A DNA stretch of 62,233 nucleotides, the filler included. It is 5 parts of 5 records of this genome, joined end to end, with 100 filler letters (N's around TTAATTAATTAA, not from the genome) between each part and the next. Parts side by side here need not be neighbours in the genome. Positions count along the whole stretch, not along the records: positions 50,753 to 56,804 come from DRR378314_2206; positions 56,905 to 62,233 come from DRR378314_2234; 3 more parts are not named here. One strand, written 5' to 3'. Position 1 is the first letter of the stretch; every line of letters begins with the position of its first letter. A model generated the notes under the pieces. The model was not told where the DNA came from. It did no database searches and saw only the letters and a program-made list of their open reading frames with translations. The position numbers and the translations under genes were made by a program. This document shows positions 52,573-62,233 of the stretch, piece by piece.

Positions 52573-53940
52573 AATGCGTTGTGTACGACCACGCCCGCTC
52601 TCTCGCCCATACCACAGGTTCTGTTGCCGTGGTCAACGTCGCGGCGTTTGCTCGTCATCTTCCGCTTCGCCGCAGCGCTGAAATGTGCAACCGCTCAAAA
52701 TGAATGCTACACTATCCTCCGTTCGGTTTGTATCGTTCGCATAACGCTACCGTGTATCGGCGTATACGCGTACTCCATCACATGCATCGGTTCCGTGTGC
52801 AGTGGGAATGGAGGCGGTGCTGGGGCGAACGCAGCAGCTCCTGCCGTTGCGTTGCGTGGGATCCAGCGCGCCTCTCGCCTCCTCCCCGATCACGGTGCCA
52901 TCACCGCACGCACGCACACGCCCAGTGCTACGCACGTGTAGTGTACGCGAGGGCGCGCAATGCACCAGCACACGCGGGTACCGGTCCGGAACGTTCCGCA
53001 CGCGCATCGCATCGTGCCCTCACCCTGCACACGCCACGCGCTTCAGTATCACCTTTCCATCGCCCTTGCACACGCAATGTGGAGTATACAGCGCGGACAC
53101 GTATACGTGTATGTGTATGTGTACGTGAGCATGCTTAGTCGTGGAGGGTGGTGTTGAGCGTTGGAAATCAATACGCGTACGCTCCGCGCGCATTGCTCCC
53201 CCTCTCCCCCGCGCGTGAAACCGCCACGGATCGCGCACACCACACCCACCCACGCCGCCACTTACGCGATCTGCACACCACCGCGCGATTACGGGGCGCT
53301 CAGGTGCACAGAGGAGCACCGTCTATGCGTGTGTTCAGCGGGGTGGTGCACTGTGCGACTCTGCAGGGGAGGAGCGAGCACGCACAAACGCCACAGTGTA
53401 CGAGTGCCGTGTGTCCTGCCACGGCTCATCGAGGAAGCACAACTGTGTCCCTGTACAATCGCAAACGAGCAGCGCCAGCGTGCGCGTGAGTGCGAGCGCG
53501 TGTGTCGTCGCCGACGCGCGGAGCGGAAGTGGCGATGGAGACCCCCAGAGCGCACGTGTGGAACCCAACCCGCGCACATGCACGATTGCAGCTGTACGCG
53601 TACGCGCTAGCACGAGCGCGGTACACTCTAGTAAAGCGGTGACTCGTACGCGCACTACACCGGCATATCGCGGCGAGCGCGGCGGAGAAAGCGGGGACGG
53701 CGCGGTACGCGGGTGGTGGGGCGCGCGACAACCACAACGCACCGAGCTGCAGCGGGACGCGCGTGAACTCATCGGTTCCTGCACAAATACGCGCACACAG
53801 GGAGCACCACACGCGTGAGCGAGCGCTGCCCCTACGCGCACACACGCTATACGTTCCGGGCGTGCAGCACCTCGCTGTGGCGTACTGGTGTATCGGGGAG
53901 GGAGCGGCGCGCTTTCCGCTGCACGCGCGTTCACCCTACC

Positions 53941-54794
53941 TTGCCACGCCTCCGGTAGTCCCGCCATATCCGCGTGACCGACCAGTATGTACTGCTCCAC
54001 GCAGCGGAGCGAGCGAAAGAGCGGCGTCCAATTCACGCCCAGCGGCATCCAGGTGCTCAGTACGATGGTGGGTCTACGTACGCGGAAAGGATGAGCGTAC
54101 GCGCGAGTGCGCGGTGAGCGTGAGCGCGCGGATCGGCGATGTGGCCGCCGAGACCACGACCGCGTACTCGGATATGCGAGAGCGCGGAGACCGTACCGAA
54201 ACATCAGCATCGCCACGTGCGCGTCCATTCGGTGCACGAGCGCGGCATCGCCGCTGTGGTGGCCACAATCGCGCGGGACCGCCGTGTCGGCACCGAGTAC
54301 GCGCACGTGCTGCGGGAGACGCGCCCGCAGCGCCCGCACGAGCGTCCCGTCGCCACATCCGACATCAAGCACCACCCTGAAGTGCAGTATCGACGCAGCG
54401 TGGTGCGTGTGAGACGGGTGCGCAGCGGCGTGGTGTGTGTCAGACGGTGCGGAGAGGCGCGGAGCAGGGCGGCGCATCGACCCACTCGCCCCACCTGCGC
54501 CTTCCCGCCACTCCGTGTGCTGCTGCGGTGGCGGCGGCGACGGCGCGAGCAGCGGTGTTGTAGCGCACTGCTCATGCGTACGCACCCGTCTGCACGTGCA
54601 CCAATTGCCGCTTCAAGGTACGCGCTGAGCGCATCGACCCACTCGCGCGTCCACACCTCGTACCGGCCGGTGCAGAACGCGCGCCACGCGCCGCACGCGC
54701 CGCACGAACACGGAACGACTTCGCCGCCTCCTCCCACCGTTACAGCATGCTCGTGTGGTACACACCGCGATCCAACACCAAACATTGCCTCCAC
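53941..54794 (-). CDS. Spliced SAM-dependent methyltransferase-like gene (internal exons only; ends unresolved)
   Basis: Exon-like segments YEVWTREWVDALSAYL, VVLDVGCGDGTL (motif I) and PTIVLSTWMPLG..WT.....VEQYILVG, separated by intron-like low-complexity DNA. Confidence 0.55.
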
Positions 54795-56804
54795 CTGCAA
54801 GAGGCGGTCGCGCCAGTACGCATTGCGGCGGCAGTGAGGCGTCACGCGCGCTGTCGTGTAGCGGAGACAGCGGGCGCCCGCACACTGCGTGTACACACGC
54901 AGCGACGCCGCCACACCGCAAACGCAGGCACGCACAATGGGGGTGGAGGGAACTCCGCAGCGCACTATACACATACGAACAGACCATAGTGCTCCTCATA
55001 ATACCCAGGAAGTGCTCGCACATTGGCAAGTACGAGAGAACGTGGCGCCTTCTCCGCGGCGGCGGCGGCGGCGGCGCCAGCGGCGTGCTCGCGCGCGAGT
55101 GACAGAGCGACGGCGCGGAAGAACATCCACAAGGAACGCGCTCTACATATATCCAACCTACAAGACTGATGAAGACGACAACATTAACCCACACGACACT
55201 ATCAAGTGTGCAGTAGCACCAAGCGCGCCGGTAGACTCGCCGCTTTGCCAAGGACACGCTCCCGTGACGTAGAGGGAAACCATGCGCGCGACGCGCCCAA
55301 CAAGCACGCACGCAGCAGGCTCAGTCCTTCGTTGTCCCTGTAACGTTAATACCCTCGCACTTCCTCGCCACGTAGACCCGCTCCGCTCACACGAGCGCAC
55401 CTCGGCAAGCTGTAGAAGGTGGTCACTGTCCGCACTCATCGCAAGACAGCGCGCTCCGCGCGCATTGACAATGCGGGAGTACCGCGAACCGTCGTCTTCC
55501 CGCGCGTTCGAGAGCGCAGCAGCACCAGTCGCACGGCAACTGGTTCACCAGCCCTCCGTCCGTCCCAGCCCATGAGAAAGCGATACAACAGCAGCAGCAG
55601 CAACGAACACGAGAAGGAATGGTTCGGTTCAATGCGTGGTTTATGCACACGGACGGAGCGCAAACGGGCCGGAAAACCGCGCAGTTCCGTGCGTCTTCGG
55701 CACCGCCGCCGCCGCGCAGAAGTGCCCCTGGCGGTGACGCAGTTGCGCGGTACTCGACAGAGAGCGGGCCACGCGCGAGAAGCGCTCCCGCCCAGCCACG
55801 AGCTGTGCGCTGCTCGGAGGGAAAGCAGAGTGCACGGACGCAACGGGCTCTGCATGCAGAGGCGATGCTGCTTCCCTGTGGAAACTGCACATTGCTGAAA
55901 GTGACCTCGGCTACCGAGCCTGATGCATCGCCAGGCCCGGCACCCGAAGCGAACGACGCGGTGTGAACGAGATAGAAAAAACTGATTCAGAATTCCCCTT
56001 TCCAGTACGCGCATGGAATAAGAACTCCTTTCCAACATCCAGCGGCCCGATATCCTCGTTCACACTATCCGCTCCCTTCCTCTACGAAGTGAATTCTGCT
56101 CTTTCGATAGCATCATCCAAGCTAACGAAACTCTCGCAGGAAGAGCAGCGCTGAAAATGGAAAGAAAACAAGTACAAGAACTGGTGAGGATGAGCTGGTT
56201 CTTCCTGCGCCCTACAAGGATTGAACACATCCCTCCTCCATTTTTCTTCTTCCAAAAGCCAGTCGATCACGACAAGTTCTTTCACTTCCACAAGCAAACA
56301 CGTCTGCGCAGTTATTTCCGTCCGCATGCACAGCAAGGGAGCGAACGGAAACGCCAGAACCAGCATCCAGCATTTCCCGTGCACAAAAAGAAAGCAAAAG
56401 CCCGCCGTAGAGAAAGTTTCGCTGCGCAACAAGTCTGACCACGACAACACCCATATTCCCGTGCGATTCATCAGAGCAGGAAGCGACTCACAGCGACGCT
56501 TCAGCAACAACCACTGCAAGCAAGAAAAGAGAAATACTCTGGAGAAAGGCGCGAACAGAACTTGACTCTGCGCAACACTTACAATGTACCACAGCAACAA
56601 AGATGCAAGGCAGAAGAAGTCCAATACCTCTTCTTTTGCTAGAAAGCTCGAACGTCGCCCGAATATTCCGTTTCACAGATAGCAAGAGCGATGATTTCAA
56701 CGCTGTCGCTTCATCCGGAAGCAGCTCCTTTCTTCGCACGATTCTGATCAAACGCTACAATTCTGACCGGGCAGTTCCCAGTGTTGTAAAAAAACATGTT
56801 TTTT

Positions 56805-56904
56805 NNNNNNNNNNNNNNNNNNNNNNNNNNNNNNNNNNNNNNNNNNNNTTAATTAATTAANNNNNNNNNNNNNNNNNNNNNNNNNNNNNNNNNNNNNNNN
56901 NNNN
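56805..56904. other. Artificial contig linker
   Basis: N-run + TTAATTAATTAA + N-run. Confidence 0.99.
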
Positions 56905-59900
56905 CTCTCTCTCTCTCTCTCGCGCGCGCGCGTTCATCGTACCTCTCTGCGTACTTGCGCGTCAGCGCTGCGCTGCGTTCCGGGTCCGGCTGCGCAACGC
57001 AGTGCGCAACGAGCGTGGCAAACACGCGGAACTCCTCGGCGACCGCGATGGCGCGCACCGGGCCGTCTGGCGCGCACTGCGCGACCACGTCGACGCGCTC
57101 CGGCGCACCGTGCGCACCAGCGGCGAGTTCCGCGCGCACCAGCGCTCCCACGAGCGCCGCCGATGCGCCGGCGTGCGCCGCGGCGTCGGCGTGCTCCGCT
57201 GCAGCGGCGCGCACGTCGTCCTGGACGCGCCACGTGGCGCCCGCCCGCGCGCCCAGCACGCGCGCGGCCTCGCTCTCGCCGCGCTCTGCGCCCGCGAGCA
57301 GCGCAGCGGCGTAGCGCGCAGCGGCGATGGTGAACGCAGCGCGTTCGCTCCCGCCGGCGGTCTCCGCGGCGGCGGCGGCGGCGGCGCGCGCGCAGAAGCG
57401 CAGCGCCTCCGCGACGCGACTCGCCGCGCCGAAAAACGCCTCCACGGGCGCGTCCGCCGCGCCGGTGCTCGCGCCGCGGGCGCCGAGCGTTTCGCGCACG
57501 AGCGCAGCGATCACAGCGCGTGCTGGTGGCGTCGTCGTCGTCGGCGGCGGCGCTGCCCCGTCGTGCTCCGAGCGCGCGCGCGCGTACGCGTTCCCCGAGT
57601 GCTCCGCCGCCGCCGCTTCGGTCTCGCAGCGGAGCTGCTCCGCGGCGGCGAGCAGACCGGCGTCGCGCACGAGCGCGCGCGCGGCGTCACCCGCGGCCAG
57701 CAACCCGCGCGCTGCGGCGGCGAGGCGGAGGAGCGCAGCGTGGTGCGTGCGCTTCGTTGCGAGGTCGCTGCGGATCATCATCGACGCGGCGGTGGTCGAG
57801 GACGCGCGATCGGCGCCGGCGCCGCGCTCGCCCCAGTGCAGATTCGCGCCGGGAGGAGCATCGAGAATCGCAGCGCTCGCGCGCGTGATGCCCGCGAGCG
57901 CGATCGCGTCGCCGGCGCTCACGACGCGCTCTACGCACGAGCGCGCGCTGGCGGGGATCGAATGATCCGCGGCCTGCGCTGCGATCGCCGCCGCGCGCTG
58001 CAGAAGCACTGCGGCCGCGTCGGCGTCTTCGGCGGGATCGGCGTGGCGGCGCACGCTCGCGCGCTCCTCGCCAGCGCCCAAACCGCGGAACAGCGGCACA
58101 GGCGGCGCAGCGCCGCGGCTGGTCACAACGATCCCGCCGTGCAGCCGTGAAAACACAAGGCGCTCGCGCTCGCCGAGCCACATGGCGCCGTACAGCGAGT
58201 CGCTGCGCGATCGCCACGTGAGCTCGGAGGAATCTGTCCCGCACACGTATCCAGAGTCTCCGAACACGACGAGTCCCGCCGCTACCGCGCATTTCGCGCC
58301 GCTCCCGCGCACCGATATGGTGTCGCCCGCCGCGTACGCTCCGGTGTCGCCAAGCGTAATCGGCACCGCTGCGGTTTCATTCTCATCTCGCGGCACTTCG
58401 CCGTCGAAATCTTCCTCCTCTGTGCGCGACACTATGAGTACGGCGGTGCAGTGCGCGCTGTCGCGACTCGCAAGCACGGACGCGCGCTCTGTCGCACCAG
58501 CGCTTATCACCGACGCTCGCAATGCGCGCGATCGCAGAAGCTCAGCGGTGGACAGCACGGTTTTCGCGCGCTGTGGCCCAGTACCGCCGCATCGCCAGAC
58601 CTCGACCGCTGTTGACGCGACAACTGCCACGCGATCGCCACCGGCGTAAAACACGGCGATCCCGCGTCCCACCGACTCGGGACTGCTCTGATCGTCGCCA
58701 CGGCCGATAAACGACCGGAACGTGTCAACAAGCGACACGGCCGCCTGTTTCTGACGAGTTGCAGGCACGATTGAAATCGAGTGCGAGTCGCCCTGCACGA
58801 CGAACAGGTTTCCAGCTTCATCGAGAATCGCTGCGCGCGAGAACGGTCCAGCCGCACACGCGCCAATAACGCGGTGCTGCGTGTCCAGCGTTGCTTCCGC
58901 CGCCGGAGACCGCGCGGTACCTGCGCCGTTCCGCGACACAGCACGGCACAGACGAACGTAAACATACGACATGCGATTGCGACACAGTGCGAGTTCAAAA
59001 GAAAGAAGAATGCGGGTTGACGCTAAGAAGCACAGATGCACGAGCTCGAGAGTGAGGGGCAGGGGAGAGCCATTGGGTCTTTTTCCGCCCTCTTCCGCGT
59101 TTTCTACTTTGCGCGCGCGCGCGCGCACGCTCTCTCTTTGAGAGAGTAACACGAGCACTTTTCAGCACTGTAGACCTGGACATGCGACGCGAAGCCAGAC
59201 ACGTCGTGACAGCAATCTGGCGAACAAGGTGTACAGCTCGCGCGCTCCCCGAGGTCATGAGGTCCTGCAGAGCTCTCGGCTACGATGAGGATACTCGCGC
59301 GTAGGTCGACGCACTTTTGCGCGATGTCCCAGCTACACGCTCCAGAACACTAGCGCTCCCCGTGTAACACGCTAACGGCGGATACTATAGGGGAAATACG
59401 GAGGTAGTAAATCGCATGACCGCAAGTAAAAACGGCGGGATCCGCGTGGAGCGCATCGCGGTCGTTAGTCCCGAGGAAGGGACGCGCTCACCGCACACGA
59501 CCAAGCGCAAACGATAAAAACACATAAAAACTACAAACTCGCCACATTTACCATACCAAAAACTCAAGAGCTACTTTCCATGTACTCGGGAGAATATTTA
59601 TATGCAAGTTTCTACGAGTGCAATACTCAAGCCTCCTCCTGATACCACAGATAGCCAATTCGCGCGGGAAAAGCAGCGACGCGGCTAGCAAGCCAGGTAT
59701 GATGCATTCGGTTCTCCATGCCAGCGCCCAATCGATGACGTTGCGGTCGTATAATGTGCGAATCCCCCACGATATCTCCCCTTGCACGGATGCGTACCAT
59801 CGCTGCGAGTGAAAGCATTAGAGCCGAATAAGAAAACTCGTTTGTCTTCCGTAACTACGATGACCGATTCGTCGTCGTGCACAACAGCAAAGCACTGCTG

Positions 59901-61346
59901 CCTGCGCCAATGCGGAATCGACAGCTTGTTGAGCCTGCAATACGCAGGATACAACACCAGCGCAGAATGATTACAATCGCGAACACGTATGAGAGGCACC
60001 ATTGATAGTGTTGACAAGAAACAGGCCTCTACCCTGGCGAAGTAAGCAATAGCGGAGATGCTTGGCGAGGTGAAGTGCCCGGAAGTGTCGCAGTGGAGCG
60101 GAAAAGCGAGCAGCCGTACGAGCGTCAAAGCAGCAGCGCTAGCTGTTGCGACAAAAGACGACGGGGCGTTCTGTCAGCACTTTTCATTGTTTCGTCACAC
60201 GCTACTCATCAGCGTCACCAGAGCATGTGTATTGCGCATCTCATGCGGACCCAATAAGCAATGTGTAGCGGTCCGGAGGAGCAGAACTACAACACACCGA
60301 CGGGCTCTGCACACCGGTTCGCCTCGCACATCCCACTACAGCGTTCGTAGTGCTGTAGGCGATCCGTTTCCCGGAGTACCTCCGTCAACGTACGTTACAA
60401 GCGTAGAAATCGTAGTCAGCGCTGGGTTTGGTGCGCGTGCGAGGAAGATGTGCCCCTTTGCCGCGATCCAGAGGTACTTGGACGTTCCCCCCGCAGTCCT
60501 GTATGGAATTCGCCGCCGCCAGCAGCGCAAGTGCGGAGACAAAGCAACGCGCAACGCGACCGACGCGTCAGAAAAATTGGGACTGTCACGAGCCTTCAAA
60601 CTACTCTGTGACACAATGAACAAAACCGACTGTATTATTGAGTACAAAGGCTGCGGAGTGGATATTGTAGCGGTAGCAGCAGTCGAAGAATACTGTCGCC
60701 AGAGCCATTTCAAAGCCGAGCGCGCCTTCACCATGGCGTTTCGCGAGGATCCGCGCGCACAGCGCCTTTCAGACGCAACTTCCCCCCGGATCGTGAAGAG
60801 ACCACATCACAGGACAGCTAAAGAATCGAATAACAGGTCTGGCGAAACAATAACGTACGTTTTGAGATCGTCCACAACATGGGCGAGCACTGCGGGATCG
60901 AACTTGCTGATCACCTCGATACGGTGCGCCGGCGTTTCTTCGAGCCGCTGCCGCTTCAGCGGACGCGACGAGCTGCTCGTGCCGGCGAGCACGCACGCGA
61001 TTTCCCCCCGAACGCGTATGCACGATGAGACAGGAAAAGAATGTGCGTGAGCACGCAGCGTTCATGTTGAATGAAAGAGACATGTACGTTCAACATACGG
61101 CGCCTTCCTGCGCTTTTCCGAGCAGCAAGGGCGCAAGCGATACTTTGCTGTACCGGACGCGGAAACGGCGACAGGAGCGGCGCAGGTGAAACGCGCGCGC
61201 CGCTGTTGCGCGGAGCACAAACCAAGGTAGAGCGCGAGAATGCGCTCAGTAAAGAGCCTCCAACGGCACCGAAAGTCGCACCTGAGCGCATTGTCAGCCT
61301 GTGGAATCACAGACCGCTCGCCGCGCTGCGGAGTCCACGCGAACAT
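56905..61346 (-). CDS. NUP133: Nucleoporin Nup133, multi-exon, 3'-truncated (5' exon structure approximate)
   Basis: The large exon has S..ILD.PP....WGE...S..I..DL..K...H and A.AVAEEF..F.TLV..C motifs recalled from Nup133. Upstream exon-like segments (KYLWIAAKGHIFL, VIVVTEDKRVFLF) fit the beta-propeller. Probable start MFAWTP at 61346, followed by a GT donor. Confidence 0.7.
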
Positions 61347-61869
61347 GGCGGAAAAAGGAACGCGAAAGCGCCTGGCAAATCAGATCCACCCGGCGCAAAG
61401 CAGAAAACGCGCCAACACACACTACTTGCTCTGCAGCCAATGCGAAGCAAATGAATGGAAGCAGCCTGTCAGCGTACTGGGAAATGTGTGTACGATATAC
61501 GACTTTGTTGTGTGTTACAAACGCTTGGACCAACCAATAGAATACCCTGTGCGATATGTCCTACTTTGCATGAACGATAAGAGGCAAAGCTCCTTGTTTC
61601 CCGACTTTATTGCGTTTGCAAAATTACTGTATTGATATCCTTTGTATATAAATGGATATATACGGGAGCGATATGTGAATGAGAATGGTTAGGCATGTAG
61701 GGGAGAGCGAGGCGCCGTGCCGCGCTCGCTGGGCAACGCGACGTGCCGCGCACACGCCGCCCGCGTTCCGCCGCGCGCATCGACCGCCGGTTTTCCGCCC
61801 TGCCCGCCCTTCGCGTCGGTGCAAAGGAGCCCTTAGCTCTCGTACGAATATCGCCTTGCGTGTATAGAA

Positions 61870-61971
61870 ATGAGTAAAGCTGATCTTATCAAGTCGATCG
61901 CCCATCCGAGTGAAATACTCGCGATGCTGGAGCTGAAAAAGCAGACGAAAGAGCTGGAGAAAGTGTACGAG
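61870..61971 (+). CDS. First exon of probable squalene synthase (FDFT1/ERG9)
   Basis: MSKADLIKSIAHPSEILAMLELKKQTKELEKVYE followed by a GTGCGT donor. The HPxE N-terminal motif is typical of eukaryotic squalene synthases. Only 34 codons are visible. Confidence 0.55.
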
Positions 61972-62233
61972 GTGCGTCAGCGCTGACCCCTCCGACCTCG
62001 CCCTCGCGAGCGCGCGCGCCGCACCGCGCGAGGCCGTAGGATTGCGGTCGCTTGCCAGAGGATGGTGCGGTCAAAGGCGCGCTCCATTGTGCCGTCGCCG
62101 AGAACCAGCGTTGTGATGGGTCGCATCGCAGGCCGGCCGGGAAAGGCGTGCGTGCCCGCGCTCGCAGCGACGCTGATCGCCGCTGCGGCTGCGCGAGAGT
62201 CCGCGCGCGCTCTGCGCGCCGCCGCTCTGCTCG

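Noticed and set aside
55900..56160. Stop-codon reassignment (TAG within a protein-like minus-strand frame)
   Set aside because: No recognisable protein on either side of the TAG, and GPN3 on the same contig ends normally at TAG.
16688..56904. Repeated TTAATTAATTAA motif and apparent bacterium-eukaryote adjacency (horizontal transfer)
   Set aside because: All four copies sit in identical 100-nt N-padded linkers, so they are concatenation artefacts. No biological linkage across them can be inferred.
50753..62233. Many long overlapping Arg/Ala/Cys-rich ORFs in the eukaryotic contigs
   Set aside because: Expected from GC-rich low-complexity introns and antisense frames; no motifs support them.

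Overview
This window is not one locus. It is five unrelated contigs joined by 100-nt artificial linkers (N-run + TTAATTAATTAA + N-run), as in a concatenated metagenome, probably marine. (1) 1-16687: Marinobacter-like gammaproteobacterial core region (malic enzyme, rpmE, priA, Ig-like lipoprotein, argS, SPOR protein, hslVU, patatin-like protein, ptsP, rppH, HAD hydrolase, RlmI-type methyltransferase). (2) 16788-32190: Rhodobacteraceae (Sulfitobacter-like) region (bpt/ate, RDD, DUF2852, ybaK, glnE, RlmI-like + PIN pair, M48, VWA). It is interrupted by a ~5.5 kb accessory island with an array of 23-bp repeats at one edge, a putative HEPN protein, phage tail-module remnants and an RsbQ/PAS-kinase pair. 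(3) 32291-50652: Halomonas-like region (ALDH/LysR, HU, rubredoxin reductase, ubiCA, phoBR, pstSCAB-phoU, TRAP) with a probable Csr/Rsm-type sRNA between two related small secreted acidic proteins. (4) 50753-56804 and (5) 56905-62233: intron-rich, GC-rich eukaryotic (protist-like) DNA encoding GPN3, a SAM-methyltransferase-like gene, Nup133 and the first exon of squalene synthase. The best candidates for something undescribed are the Csr-type sRNA/secreted-peptide locus and the Rhodobacteraceae island. All taxonomic and family calls come from motif recognition; no database searches were run.
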